NCBI GenBank assembly: GCA_977862235.1
Contig: OZ374560.1
Location: 1,240,001 to 1,304,000, forward strand
From: Dudresnaya verticillata
Lineage: Eukaryota
Direction: 5' to 3'
Length of the DNA: 64,000 nt
Shown: in pieces, positions 38,109 through 52,554 of the stretch
Layout of the letters: each line of letters starts with the position of its first letter
Numbering within the stretch: the stretch's first letter is position 1
Program-made: the position numbers and the translations under genes
The notes under the pieces: model-generated
Told to the model about the DNA's origin: nothing
The model's database searches: none
Seen by the model: the letters and a program-made list of their open reading frames with translations, nothing else

Positions 38109-38261
38109 ACGCGTGGTCAGCTGCGTCCGTCGCCTCTGTACGCGCTTATCATAACGATCCAATTTGGCTTCTTATGATAAGAGACATACAAATAAGCTTA
38201 CAGAGGGAACTGACAGCGGTCCAGAATTACAGTGTTCCTATAACATTGGATCTGCGACATC

Positions 38262-40340
38262 TTGTGTAAGGCAATCGTGATGGGATCATCAAGCCGATCT
38301 TCAAGTCTGGATGCATTCCTTACTCCAGCACAGATGTATCAAACTGTGATGGAAACAATGAGGAATTGTGTGAAACAAATTGATTTGGAATCTGTTCAGT
38401 TGGGACTGGAAGCTGCGCTAGCTCCCCATTTAGACTTCACGTACGTCCATAATGTGGAACAATCTAGCAATTGTTTGAAGTCGATGTCTCATCTTCCGAT
38501 TGTTGTGATGAAAAGTATTAATGCCGGTATTCACTACGTGATGTATGGAGCTGTTCCCGTTTCTATCGCGAAGAAGCAAGGATATCATGATCTAATGGTG
38601 CGCATAAATCCGTTGTACTACGAAGAGGTTCATGCGTATCATCGCTGTGCAATTTCAATGATGCTGCGATATTTTTTCCGACCGAGTCACGGTCAATCTC
38701 AATGATGTCTCAAGTGCTTGAATTTCAGTTTCTATGGGAGTCATATTGCGCCGTTCGACAGTTTCCTCGTTCTTCAAGGTTTTCGTCAGAGGAGTTGGTT
38801 CAGTTGTGAAAATTTCAAGAAAATTTGCAATACAGTTTCGTTATGCGACGGGATGCACGGTTAAATCGTGGTGCCATTAAGTTAATTCGGGCAAGAATTG
38901 TTAAGGCATTATTTAATGCAGAGTATCGTGACGAGAAGGTTTGTTTCGGATTGTCAACGTTACGAAATTGTGGGGAAGCTCATGTGACATTTCAAGATTT
39001 GTGGATACGTTTCTTTGAGTTTGAAGAGCTCGGAAAACCGTTTAAAAATTTGCGGTTTTCAAAAAAGGTTGCTTCGAACACAATTAATGTAGAAGATCCT
39101 CCTGATGAGGGCTCTGAGGCACGGTCAGCTATTTTAGCACTTCCAGGTATTCCGGAAGTCCCTTCTTCAAGTTCAAGTTCTACCGAAATGCTATCTGGAA
39201 ATAGAAGTTTTGGGAGTAGTTCATCATCAGCATTGTGCCTGACCCCGAGTGATCGTTCGTTGATTCGAAAGCTCACGCCTTTGATAATTCAATGTGGGAT
39301 AACGACATGCCAGGTTTTCGCTGATGAGGTCCTTCAAGTATTTGAGAATGGTCGCATGCAGTACGATTCTCTAATATTGTTTGGAGCATCTGCGATCTTC
39401 GGGAATTTTTCTAGCAATCGTTTCTTGGCGGATGTTACCTACGTTGCTAAGAAAATGCCCCTTCGCAATCCAGACCGTTACTTCGAGAAGTGTAATATTG
39501 AGAAGGTGAAGACATTGGCTTTCAATATATGTGAAAGTTCTCATTTTCTTTGTGTGTAATATTTGGAATTGAGGATATTATTGAGTGGATTACAAGTTCT
39601 TCCGATGTCCCGTTCTCTACATGTCCTATGATGGTTGTTCTGCTTGATAGCATGCCGCCTTGTGGTCATTATTGGACGGGGGAAAATATATTAGAAGATG
39701 GGTTCGGGAGCTTATTGAATTCAAAGCCAGGAAGAAGAATATTGATTTAAGTTGTCGAGTGCCTAGGAATTTCGAAGAGGACGTCATGTTTGCTAATGAT
39801 GTTTGGCAGTTGAGGTTGCTTCAAGCGATACGCATTATTACAGTGTCGTCAACTCCTCGTCAAGATAGTGTGTCAAATGAGTGCGCGTGGCACGTGCTAA
39901 GAAACTGCTACCTTGTTCAGATGGGACTTATTAATCGCACAATTTTACGCACAGGGACATTAATTTCAAGACCAGGACTGCAACGGGCAGAAACTGGAAT
40001 GAAGCACATCTTGAAAGGAAATAATTTCATTGAGAAGTTGTTTTCAATTATGACTGTGACATCAGTACAGAAGCGGATTAGAGCTGACTTGTTGGAACTG
40101 TCCGTTGCGTTACGAAGTGTTAATAAGTACGAGCAGTTCAAGAAAAGTTGGGAAGAGGAAAAAAATAATCAAGGCTAGGGTGCAGGCGTATATGAATGAA
40201 GAGAGAGCTGCAGGGCTGGTGGACTCTTCCCAAAGAGCAAGCAAGCAATTTACCGCTGTTCGCGGAGCTGGCGGTAAGCGAAATTGCGGTCTGGAGTACG
40301 AATCTCAAACGGTACCTTCAAAGCATCCAAAGCCTTAGCA
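38262..40340 (+). pseudogene. Decayed ORF containing a Ulp1/SENP-like (C48) cysteine protease domain, probably transposon-borne
   Basis: Across frameshifts: NICESSHFLCVIF (His), VVLLDSM (Asp) and PRQDSVSNECAWHV (Gln, Cys), in the Ulp1 order. The region is AT-richer than its surroundings. Confidence 0.6.
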
Positions 40341-41372
40341 AATATCAATGACGCACCGTGAGGCTCCTTTTCAAGAACAGCGGGTCCAGGGCGGCCCCCA
40401 CGGCAAGCCGACCAGCTTCGTGCGACAGAGCGCATTCCCAGCTGCGATGTATGTCGGCGACGACCACATCGGCTGTATGTTGGTCCGGAGTGATGTCCTC
40501 GTAGCACGTGCGGAGGAACTCGCGAAGGGCAGGGCGGCTGTCATCCCCTGAAGGCCATTGACTCTCTTTCATGCCTGCTGCGGACAAACCACCGTTAATT
40601 TCCTCCGCCACGCGGAAGAGCACGTCTTCGCCGCAGCCCTCAATGTACGTTTTCAACAGAGTCTTCCACGACAGCGACCAGAAAAGGAGATGAGCTCACC
40701 ACCTTTGAGTGACTCAAGCTGCTCCCCGGCATTGGGAGTCACCACCACCACAGGCCTCGGAGGCATCACGATCAATCTTCCTTAACAGGAATCGACACAA
40801 CGCGTTAGCTCTGCAATAGCCCCTTCAATAAGATCAAACAAAAGGTGACGAGCTGCCCCACACATTAGAGACAGTTGTCGGTGCTGTCTTCTTATGTCAT
40901 GCGGTCGCCGCAAGGCGGCGGTGAGCAGCCTGTCGCTGCAGAAGAACTCGCCCTCAGGTCTCTGCCAGGGCCGCGCGACCCCTCCGGCGCACCAGCCGGA
41001 TCGGGAGGCTGTGCATGAGCGCAAAGCGGATTCCTTGGCTCCGAACCTTGTGGCAGCACGCAGAAAATTCTTCTGCCAAAATGTCATTCTAAGCTATCTG
41101 GATTAGCGTTAATAATTACAGTTATTGAAAATAGCGTTCTTACTCCGCCCTCGCGCACCTACTGTGCCCATGACGCGGACGCGCTCCTGTGCGCACGGCC
41201 ATGATAAATCAGCCAGTCACAGCAATCCATTTCATTGGTGCCGGGCTGTTGCCAGCAATGCCATACAGCTGGGCCAGCAATGCGCTGGGACTTACAGCAC
41301 ACCAGCGCGTGGGACGCATTGCAGTCGTATTGCCCGTGCAATATTACTCACGCATTACAGACGCACAACTCG

Positions 41373-42021
41373 TGTAGTGCTTACAGCCCCTGGCGGCTCA
41401 TTATACCAAACGGAGGCAGGGGTGTGAAGGAGCTGAAATTACTACGCTGTAAGTCCTGTAAGACTCGTCCGGATCGGGATCGGCATCCGGATTGACCACA
41501 AGGCAAATGTATTCGCACCTGTAAGCAACACGCATGGCCACGTGTGTCTCTAAACACCATCGCAGCCACCGTCGTGCAACGCGACCACGGCGGCGAGACT
41601 GTCAGGAGCCTGGCTGCATAGCACCGCGCTTGTCAGACGCAGCGCGGACCAACACGTGTCCTGAGTTCCCGCGCGTTGCCATACCACTGCACCCGCCCGC
41701 GGAACCGTAGCAATGCTTAGGTAATCGGTCGAGGACGTCACAGCAAACCCCGGTAAGCCGGCCTTGGTCCAGACTGCCCCTCCTGCGAAGCGCGTATCTT
41801 ATCGCTACCCCGAGGCTCAAGCGTCTATGTAACCGTGCTTCCACGCTCAGCCCCGTCGCTGATATGTTTCTCTTTGTCTTCTTTTGTTCTTTCTTTCCAC
41901 CTGGGGCGTTTACAGTCCGCCCAAGGCGCTGCTACGTGCTCTACCACTACCGCCAAAGGCGCTGCTACCCGCCGAGCCCAGAACTGCTTGGACGTGCTCC
42001 GTCTACGACGTTTGCACCACA
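41373..42021 (+). repeat. Solo or partial LTR
   Basis: TGTAGTGC...TTTGCACCACA termini. Similar to about 8430-9057 and to the U5 end of the G2 LTR. No TSD match. Confidence 0.6.
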
Positions 42022-45000
42022 GGGACAGCAAGGTCTTCGATCACCGCTTAATTTAGACTATACTGTACACGCAAAAAATAAACGTATAAACTACGCGGGA
42101 GTGTCAGTATCACACGCGTACACGCGTACGCGTGGGCGCCTCATCGCACTTCCTTACAGCTTCAGCGGGACTTCGACGCCACCGGCTGACAGTTGCATAC
42201 GTAACGCAGCTGGCCTTACAGCTGCGCATACGTGGCAGAGCTGGTCCTACAGCTACACCACACAGGGGTACGGGAGAGCCCCTTTCCGAACTTGGTCAAA
42301 GAGGACACTCCACGCCCAGAGGATGCCATTTCGTCAGATGTCCCCTTATTCTCTTGACCAAGTGCTGGGAGTGAAGGACCTCGCGCGGAACCATTGCAGA
42401 GGATGCCTCCGAACACAGCGATGTGAAGGATTTTCATTGCCAGCGAGAGGATGGAAATGATCGCGCGCCTTTTGATCCGCGCACACCTACAACGTTCGAC
42501 CCCCACACCGACTATTCGGGCCGTTGGTCGATTTGTTTTGATCATGCCGACCGCCATTTTCGCGCCTCCTCCACACTTTCCCATGCCCTTCCCCCACCTC
42601 CCGCCCCTTCTTCCTGGTGCGGCTGCGCGCGCCACAATACCAGAACAACTGGTTGTATAAAATTCAATCGAGCTTGCGATCGGGCGTATGCGAGTGAACC
42701 ATTATTCGAGCGATTCACACTGTTCTTCTACCACCCCCACCACCACCCCCTCCCCGCCCCACCCCCACCACCACTACCACCCAATACCTCACCTCACCAT
42801 GCGCCCCGCCCCGGCCCCGCCGCCGAAGCCCCGCCACGTCATTATCACCGGCGCCGGTCATCGTCCTGGAGGCCCGGAACCATCCGGGTGTCCACATTCA
42901 CACATACATCTTCGCCCCGGAACCGCCCCTGGCCCAGTGGCACCAGCCGGCCGCGCGCGCCATGCCAGCCCCGTCGATCACCGCCACGAGCGCTCCTCCT
43001 ATGCAATCCTCAGCTCGTTACTAACAATACCAAGGCTAGCAACGATCTCGGCAAGCTCGAAGTTTCTTCGAACAACACCTTCCTCGCCAGATATTCTGCC
43101 TTCCGTGGGCAGTGGCGGCCAATGGCTGATACAAGATCCTTGCGAAGTCCGGGAGGGCCTCTTGTAGAAGCTTCCCTCTCCACTCCTTATCCTTCTCATT
43201 CTGCTGGACGCCAGCCTTTTGAGACGCATCCAGCTTCAACGAACTTGCGCACCGGGTGTCAAACATATTGAAAAATTCGTCTTCTCCTCTGTCCTGTCTC
43301 CCGCCGGCGTTCCACTTGTCCATATACATCTGAGATCCATCATGCTGCAACAGCCCCTTCTCGACTCATTCACCATATTCCGAAGAACTATACACAATAG
43401 CTTCCCTGTGTATTCCAAGTCTCACCCGTACTCGGTAAAGTTCCTTATTGAAGCATTCGAAATTCTCTGTCAACTCAAGCAAAAGAGGAGGTTGGACCTT
43501 CTTATCACGGGATGATGACATCTGCTGGAATATTGGACCTTGCACAAACTTGGTAGGCGCGGCACAGTAGCACTCAAGGACCCATATCCAATACTTTGTC
43601 CTTTCGTGCACACCTTTTTTTGCCTGAAATTTAATTTTAGTTACTGTCAGCAACTTTCTACTGACGGCCCATTGCAGCTTTAAGCTGCAACTGACAGACA
43701 GTGATCCCCTGCAAGACCCATTCGAGTAGCTGTTGAAGTTTTGCGGCTTCATTTCCGGCATGCGGGTATGTGTCACAAGTGCACTTCTCAAGAATTTCCA
43801 TAGGTAACGTATCAACTAACAGTTGCTTGGTCCCATAGACACCTAAACCTGCAATAGAGAATTCTTTGTTTCCTACAGTGCATTTGGAGACGCCCTAACG
43901 GAACGAGCGAGGGCAACTTGCTCGTATCAACGCTCATGAGCGTATTTGCACATTGTTCAGCTCATGGACAGATCCTTATCTCTCCCTCCATTATCTCTTT
44001 GTTGCGACACCAACCAACACTTCTGTGAGCTCGATCCAGTATTTGAACGCTGACCTGCCCAGGTGCCGTTGTAGATTCTTTGTACACAAGCCCTCTTTCT
44101 CTTTCAGGCAGAAGCATAGAAGACAACTACTAAGTGGAAAGTGTGACTCCTCAGAAACTAATTGGACGAAATATCAGCCTGGTTTATATGTGTTGCGAGT
44201 CATATAAGACTCTGCGCTATGCTGCAAGTTATTTCGCTACTTCGCTGCTACATTTTTGTGCCTGCGGGACGTCGTTTAGGGAGACTGCGACAGCTTGCCA
44301 TTCAATTGATGATCTGTATCGTGTTGTCTATTTACCGGGCCGCACTTCCAAGCTGGGCTAGTGCGAAGGCCATATCTCGCACGTTACTGTAAGAATATAT
44401 AATATAACAACTTCTATAGTCTAGCAGCGTATCTAAAAGTACCTAAAAGCACACCACATGGGTCGACAGTTCTTTCATGCTAGGAATGTTTCCCCAGTTG
44501 TCTCTCTTAAACTGCAGCCTTCCATGGAAGGGGAAGAAGTCCAAGCTACAATGAGAACGAACCTCGGGATATCTATTCTGTCTGGTGATTTGAGTAGCTC
44601 CGTTTCAAGTTTGCGAGCCCCATCGCAAGTCGGTTTCAGGCTATTCAACTGGATTATGAATACCCGAAATGTGGTTTGTCAACAGAAGGGCAGGTATATT
44701 CCTAGTACTCCTACTGGGAGTCAACCGCTTCAGAGAATTTGTCGCCCATGTTATTTTCGTGCGTGTATTCCGTTCAGTTTTTCTTGCATCAGTGAGAGAT
44801 ATGGAGTGAACCTCGAACCAGGGCCTCCTGACGTGTGCGTGGGCCAAGGTTTTCATGCTCGCGACGTGAAAGAGAAAGAGGAGATCAAAATACAGCCTAG
44901 AAGCGCCACTGGCTCTTCTATGAAGAAATGAATGTCCTCGGAGAAAAGAAAGTTGCTGAAGCAACAGAAACGGGCGAAGAAGAGAGAAGAGGAAAGAAGT

Positions 45001-48000
45001 TATCTTCCTGCTCCTCCGTCGCGGCGCAGGCCATCACGGTGTCTCGTCGACGATCATTCGGAGTGAATGCTGTATCCTTCTGGTCTAGAATATTGCGTAC
45101 AATTTTTGTGTGTTCTTGAAGCCAAAAAGGAGACTAAAAACTTGTTTTTGCCGTTGTTATGTTCGATTTTGGTTTTCATTACGACGCGTACTTAACAATG
45201 AGTTCATGTGCGAAGCATATCCTCCATTTTCTTTTATGAAACCCCGAGTCAAGATTCAGAGGAAGTGTACCTGGTTCGTTAAGGCTTGTGGGTGCCAAAA
45301 GGACTAGAATACCACAGTCACATTGCTTTCATTGCCTTTGTAACGATTGGTCTCTTCCGCTGTTTGTCCAACAACCCCCATCAACACTCTCCAGGAGACG
45401 TACGAAGGCCTCAACGTGTTGTCTCCTTGCGAAATCGTCATCTGGAGCCGGACCTGCAAACATTGTCATTCTCTTGTGTCGATCTGTGATCAAACCCATC
45501 CAAGGGTTTGGTTTTTGAGGGTTGGGAGAGTACGTAACTAAGCATGGGGTGAAGGAAAGTTCAGTGTCTCAATACGAAATGGACTGCCGTTTTCTGGGTA
45601 CCATAAGCGCGCGAGCCTGAAGATATTTGGGTGCCTTTCTTGTTCACTGTGGCACCTTAAGCCATTCAGATATTCATGGGCTAGAAGGACAAGAAATGCG
45701 TTTAAATAAACACTTCTGCCCGGATGAGTCCATAGCAGAGAACAGATTGGAAATGAGGTTGAAAACCTCGTCTGGGAACCAGAGGGCGCTTTCAAGCACG
45801 GGAACATTCTGGGTAGTTATAGCAAGGCGTTTCAAGTGGCATAGAAACACCCTCGCATCCCCGTACTCCGAACGAACCTTTGTATTATCCGCTGTGGGAT
45901 CACTCACAGTATTGGTGATCTTTTGCAGTGCCCCACGACGTAGCTCGAAGTCTAGAAGCATGCCACCGTGATATACATTACGGCAATGGGCTTCTCTCCT
46001 GAAGAAGGCAAGTACAGGTTCTAATACCTGTGGAACGTCGCCTTCGTTCTTGACTCTATCCAGAGTCCTCCGTGTAATCAGTCTACCGATCGGCTGCAAA
46101 ACTTCATCAGACAGGTAAATCGCAAGCTTAGACAAACGCCACCCGCGAAAAAGTATATCGTGTGCCAAATACACAAGTTCCTTCAGCTCACCTTACTCCC
46201 AGAGTATTTATTTCCTTCTATTCTTCGATTTGCCGCTTTATCAAGCCTCCTGAAACATTAAAACCTCCTAATGGGAACGTTGAGTTTCTTGTATACGTTT
46301 CTGGCTCTGAATGTTTAGCGGTGAGACCTCATCGGTACCAACACGCAGCTCTGTACATCTGATAGCTTTCGATCGCTTGGAAATAGAGGCTGGTATGGAA
46401 GTGCGGCTAGATTCCTTTAAGCAGCTGACGTTTTCTGCCCTGTTAGACAAGGAAATGGGGTTCCTTTTAGTTCCACCTCCCTTGCGGTTCGCAAGTTCCT
46501 TGATTATTGCTTCTCGTGGTAGACGGGCACTCTTGGTCCTTCTAGTTTCATTTCTTAACTTCGTTTCATGTTCAGTGCAGTTTGCGATTTTTCAGCACTG
46601 CTAGTCTGCAGGCAGCTGGTACACGTTTTACACACTCCGACGCGCCCTAACGCCTGAAGGTTGTCGCGTTTGCACGCCAGTATCCGTATGGTTCTTTCGA
46701 TTTTTGAAAGACACTTCTACGCGCGTGTTGTGAGAGATGGGACAGTTCCGGGTAATTCGTCTGTTATAGAACACTATGTGATTGAACCACTGCCTGTGCA
46801 GGTAATCTCTTGTTTTCAAATCTATATATACCTCGTTCTTGACAGATCCTTCTGAAGTCAGAACATCCAATCTGACAAAACACTTGGAAGTGGATTCGAA
46901 CAGGGAATTCCCGGCACTGAAAAGCACGGAATAAATATTCAGTACTGGAAGTGTTTTTCCTATCCTCCGTGTCTGAAACCTCTAAAGCGATCACATAAAC
47001 CCTCTATTCGCCGAACTTCAGCTCGTAAACCGCCCGTTCCGATACGCTCAATCCCTCTATGGAGAAGTTGCTCCTTTCTCGTTTGTGGATGCTTCAAACT
47101 TTCATTGATCGCCTGCTTGCGATAATGCTTCAACTGGTACCCTAGTGGAATTTCAGCTGCCGTGGCCGGTGCCTGTTCTGATCGAACTACCCAACCTGTA
47201 GGATTTTTTAAACACTGCTCAAACCTCGTGGAGTTATATTTCTTGTCTCGGCCCGCATTAACTCTTACTCATTGTAGCGAAAGCTGTTGCCTGGTACACC
47301 TCCCAAATGACGCCATATTATTCTTTCTCTGTAGTATTGAAGTTTTTCTGCCTAGCATCCAGTTCTGAACTTGCTTGCAAATGATAATGGAATGGCTAGA
47401 AGGGTACAGGTGTTGCAGACCATTTCTAAGCAGCCAGATAGAAGGCAAATATCCCTGTAACTATTTGCAGAGCAAAGAGCGAGACGTATATTGCCGAACG
47501 GATTCGTCAATTCCTTCGTAGTGACTTGATCACGAGTATTACAAGTCCCCTACGCTGGTATATGACGAAAGCTCTCATCCCACCGTCGCCATGAACCTCA
47601 CACGATACCATAATTGTTTTCATGTTCTCTTCAGCGATAATGGAAGACCCTTTCTCGGCAGAGAAAAGAATAGTTGCTATGCAATCGGGAATATTGAACA
47701 CGCTGATAACAACTTTTGCGAATGGAATAGCTACGTCTGCTACTATGTATCGAATGTCTTCCGCCTCGAGCGAGCACTTCGAAAGCCTGTCGTTGAAGCC
47801 CTGGAGAATTCTGCCGAAGGTAGCTTCACACGCCACGAAACTACGGATTGGCAAGAGCGCAGTCAAGGGAAAGTTGTAGACGTCTACTACAATCTTACTG
47901 CCGTCTTGCGAAACCTTTGGGGGCTTGTCAGACTTATCTCTGGCTTGCAGTGCTCTTCTGCCGACATCCGAGTTGGATGAAATCCATATATTTGAGATGA

Positions 48001-48602
48001 GCGATTCTGTACCGTCAATAATCAGAGTGAACTTCTTAATTCAGTGGCTGAGAAGCAAGGAATCCGAATAGGGGATGATAGTTGGGTACGGAGTCGAGCT
48101 TGTTCAACATCGACAATTCCGAGTTCATGTATCGTGCGTTGAAACTTATGTTGGAACGATTGGTCTGCCTTCGCGTCTTATTCCAAAATCTCGCACATAG
48201 ATTTCAGTATGCTCTCCGTGCAAAGCTGTCCAACGCTAAACGATTCACGCCTTCTCCGATACTGAGGCCCGTTCTGCACCTTGTTTTTAACTGGGAAACT
48301 GTAAACAGTGAATTTCCGGTTCACGATTTCCAGCAGGGGAGCGCACCCGCACCTATTTCCAATGTCGGAACTGAAAGCTGCCCTTTTGGGTTGTGTTGGA
48401 CAACAGTCGAGTGATTGCTGTGTACACGAGGCGTCTAACAAGCACCATGACGTCCCTGTCACCCGCCGTCAACGGCAGCACGCGTCTGAGACGCATTATC
48501 GCCCGTCGCGTCCGGGCAAGGGCAGGCAGTACTAACTCCAATGCTACGGCACTTGCCTTGGCGGTGGTGCGAGTCATATTCTCAACTGTGCACTCGCTCG
48601 CG

Positions 48603-49820
48603 ATGCGCTCAAATCGTTACGGCCGGCACGGTGAGTTCTCGGACTGGGAGAATGCGCGCATATTGTCTCGTACTCCGCTCGACTTCGATCTTCATCAACG
48701 TCTATTCACCGAGAGGAAGTTTAGGCGCTTATACCGCGTTTCCAAGGCCGACTTTGCAGCGCTTGTCACAATAGTCGCTCCAACTATGTGTCGAACACAC
48801 TCTCGACCTTTCGGCAGCGCTTCATCTGTAACCCCGTCTGTCATGGTGGCAGTGACACTAAGATATTTAGCGGGAGGGCGTGTGCTTGACCTTAGTTGGC
48901 CATACGGTCTAGGAGACTCAACAACCTATGAGGGCATTGATAAAACGCTGCAGGCCATGGACAATCTCCGTGACAATATCTCTTTTCCCAAGGGCACTGC
49001 GGATTGCGAGAAGGAGGCCCGAGCATTCCAGCAGCTCAGATCATCTCCGTTTTATGAAATCATCGCAGCAATGGATGGCATCGCAATAGCCATCCAGTGT
49101 CCTCGCCTGCCGTGTTGTTGTGATCCCCGCAAATAGTACAACCGCAAAGGCTTCCACGCCATATCTGTCCAAGGCTGCGGCTCAGAAAATTACAAGGTCT
49201 CTTATGTGTCAGCAATCCATGCTAGTTCCACGCACGACTCGACGGCGTTCCTCTTCACGATGCTGCATAGAAAATTGGTGTCTGAGGAGGAGGAAGGCGG
49301 CCTTATCTCTTGGGCTTGCATTGCAGCCGAAAATGCGTATGGTAATGGTAGTGCTGGAGGCTGCATTTTAACGCCATACGCAGGCGCTCTCACTCCTAAG
49401 AAGGATGCCTTCAACTTCTACTTGTCGTCGCTTCGAATTATTGTAGAGCAAGTGTTTGGTGTAATTGCGGGGCGCTTTGGGATCCTGTGGTCTCCTCTCC
49501 GATGCTCCCTCGCCAAGGGCGCCCGCATTATAATTACTTACTGCAAGATACATAATTTTATTATCGACAGGCGCATAGATGCTCTTGGAAGCGCTGCAGA
49601 CAGCGGTGAGTATGCAAACCTTCCTGCAGACCCTGATAACAATGTTGTTGGAAGGCCTGAAGTTCTTATTCAGGATCTGCTCCATCGCGATCAAGAGGCC
49701 GCACGGCACGTGCGACAAGGCTCGACAGTGTTGCGCGAACAGATGTCTGACGAGTTAGAGCTCCTCAATGAAGCTTTAGAGCTCCTCGGCCTTCGCCGTC
49801 CGCCGCGAGGAAACAGGTAA
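48603..49820 (+). pseudogene. PIF/Harbinger (DDE_Tnp_4/HARBI1-like) transposase
   Basis: FRRLYRVSKADF, VTLRYLAGG, IAAMDG, (stop)YNRKGFHAISVQ, STHDS, AENAY and RIIVEQVFGVIAGRFGIL. In-frame TAG at 49134. Confidence 0.9.
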
Positions 49821-49986
49821 GACTTTACAACGCAAAACGTAGTTACTCCTCCTACGCGTTGTGTGCCACGCGTGGCGCGTCACTATCACCGGCATCGTTG
49901 TTGCTAATCGACGCAATATCATCGTAGACACCATTCAGAACACCCGTAAGCATCCCTATCTTGCTTACATTCTTTATATCCTTCCC

Positions 49987-51344
49987 TTACTCTTCAGTTA
50001 TTGCCTTCTCCAGATTACCAGCCGTCTTAAGCATTCCGTCCAGAGCCGCTGACTTTGCCGTCTTTGCAAGGAACTCCGCAGCTTTCCCGATATGTCTGGC
50101 CTTCTGCGCGTGAGCCATCTCAGATGCTACTGCCGACGCCTCATCTGGGGGAGCAAACATCTCCATGCCACGCACCGTGATTTCAGACAATGAACGTCCG
50201 TCACGTGCTCGTTTGTTGCGGCGGTATGTTGCGTCGATGCCCCGTAGACCGTTGCTGCCGGTCCCGATTCCCTCCTCTCGACGCGCATCCCCGGGCATCA
50301 GCCTTGTAGCCATCTTTGCAATGACAGACCCATAATCAGTCCCAAGAAAGGTATGCATGTTCATAATTGCTGCACTGCCGCGGGCAAAGTTTGAGAAGTC
50401 CGCTTCGTCATTTTGCCCTGACGCTGTGAAGGTATCCCTAATTATGGTGTAGGAACTCCGCGTTTCCCCAAACCTTGCCGAGAGGAAGGACGACGGGCGT
50501 TTGTGAGGGCAATAGGACGGCAAAACGCCTCACGTCACTTTCTGTGATACCATTACACTGTGATGGCATCTGGTTTAAAAGAATCGTTATTGAATAGTAC
50601 TGCTAAATGTTCCTTCCATGGACACACTGTTTCATGATCCAGCTGGTCGCGGTCTCGAGGCACGGAGAGCAGCTGTCGCGCTGCCGTCATCCGGCTGTCC
50701 GCGATAGTATGTAAAAGGCGGGCTACTTCGCCGGTGCTGAATAGCGCCTGACGGGCCGGCACGGATTTTGCGGCACGAGCACACTGCGGGGCGTATCTAG
50801 CCACATAAATATTTCCAGAAGTCTCGGTGAGCACGGGGGCAGTGGGTCCTGCTGTCCAAGCATATGATGAGACTCCATGTTTCGAAACAACCTTGGACTT
50901 GCACCTGGAAGAGAGCGGTATTCGGTCGAGGATGAAAAACAACGCCTCCTTTGACATCTGTATGCGCGCGTGCGCGGATCGCTGTTCGTCGTTCATCATC
51001 TCAGGAGTAATTTCATTCTCCTCTCCGTCTTCTCCTCTCTCTGTTAACTTCTCTTCCCCACCGCCGCCTGGGCAGCATCTAGCTGCTCCGCCGTAGTTCC
51101 GAACTGAAGGAGTCGTATCGCGACTACTTCTCGCTTCAACGCTAAAGAGAGGTTCTTGACACCTGAAACCCTCACCATGTCGATCGCATACTCCTTGAAG
51201 AAGGCATTGTCCCATACAAAACACAGAGCTTCTTGTATCATATCGGCGACGGCTTTCGGTTCTGCTCGAATTTTGCGACAAAGATCGCCACAAGTGGAAA
51301 CAGTTCTCACTTCCGGCCATCGTGTTGAAAGGAGGGCACAACAT
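49987..51344 (-). pseudogene. Probable second (DNA-binding) ORF of the Harbinger element
   Basis: Long decayed ORFs convergent with the transposase, as typical of Harbinger elements. FSTGEVARLLH is only weakly Myb-like. Confidence 0.45.
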
Positions 51345-51574
51345 TCAATTGATTAAGCAACTGGCCAGACATCAAAACAAGAAACACGACTCCGCGTTCT
51401 ATATAGACGGCATTTTACGATGTGATGAGGGGGCTGAGAGAAGAAGCGGACCAACTGACGGCTGTACATAATTGGAAGGCCCCAACTGCTGTCGATGTCG
51501 CACGAGCGTAAGATGAGTGCAAATACCTCACGGATAGTACTATTAAGCAAACAGCAGGCATGGTACTTCACCTG

Positions 51575-52015
51575 CACACGAGAACAATCGCAGTGCTCGG
51601 GAAGATCATGAACGAGGAGTTACCAGAGATGACCTCGCGTCACCAACTGCACGCTTCCTGGAGTGCTGTGGATAAGATGACTGAAATGCCAGCTGCAGAT
51701 TGTCGAGTCTTCAGGCGTTTCGCACACATATCAACTTTACGGTCATCACGACCGTTCATGAACGCAGGGATTTCCGACGAGGGAGTAGAAATACAGGTTG
51801 CGACTCTGTACCGTCTGCGGGAACTGTCCAGAGCCCATCATTTCAAACTGATGGACACAGGTTTACGACCGAACAATTCGAGAATGCCAGTGCGGCGATG
51901 CGAGAGGTCCGCAAGTTTGAATGTGTCCCGGAGCAAAAGGAAAAGCTACCGTCCCTGAGGGTACTGCGTTCAAATATCCCAAGGAGAACGAAAATGGATG
52001 TTGAGATATCCATAA
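51575..52015 (+). pseudogene. Middle-region fragment of a second ParB-MTase gene copy
   Basis: IMNEELP...CRVFRRFAHISTLRSSRPFMNAGISDEGVEIQVATLYRLRELS aligns with IMNEEFP...CRVYRTFSRIYTLRSSRAFMNAGFSDNAVETQVATLYRRRELS at 14.8-15.1 kb. Confidence 0.85.
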
Positions 52016-52299
52016 GCCACGCAGCGTGCGTTTCGTGGCCACAACTCTTCTAGTTCTAATATGGTTTCAGGAGCGGGGCTCCTCTGTGCTGTCATGCTCT
52101 TGGCATCACAGCAACGAAGAAGGTTACTGTTGATAACCACGCTTTCAAGCCGGGTACAGCACCTTCTGCGCAAGAGATGGAAACGATTAAGGCAACCCAA
52201 AATTGATGAGGTCAGGTCTAGATACGGGGTTTGTTATGGGGTTAGAAAAGCGCCTTATCGCACCGGCCGCAAAACAAACTGCTACGGAAGAATCAGGGG

Positions 52300-52554
52300 A
52301 GATATATCGTGATTCAATGCGGTGGTACACATGTCGGAGCAGGACTTCGATGAGTTTCATAACCTTGTATGCAACAAAATAGACAAACTGCTCCATCCAA
52401 ACAAACTACTGTCCCCAGATCGAACGAGATTCTATTCGTAAGATGAGGAAAATGCTTTCATCCTCCGAGCTTTTGTTGCTGTATTTGGAGGTACTCAGCG
52501 GTGGGAAATGCGGAGCCGATGCCATTGTCAACCTGTCGGGGAAGTACGGCGTTT
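52300..52554 (+). pseudogene. N-terminal part of a second Harbinger/ISL2EU-like transposase, interrupted by element B
   Basis: HMSEQDFDEF...LSSSELLLLYLEVL...LSGKYGV. Continues in frame at 60173. Confidence 0.7.

Noticed and set aside
37697..38269. His/Thr- or Cys/Val-rich ORFs
   Set aside because: These are translations of a (GT)n microsatellite and GC-rich repeats.
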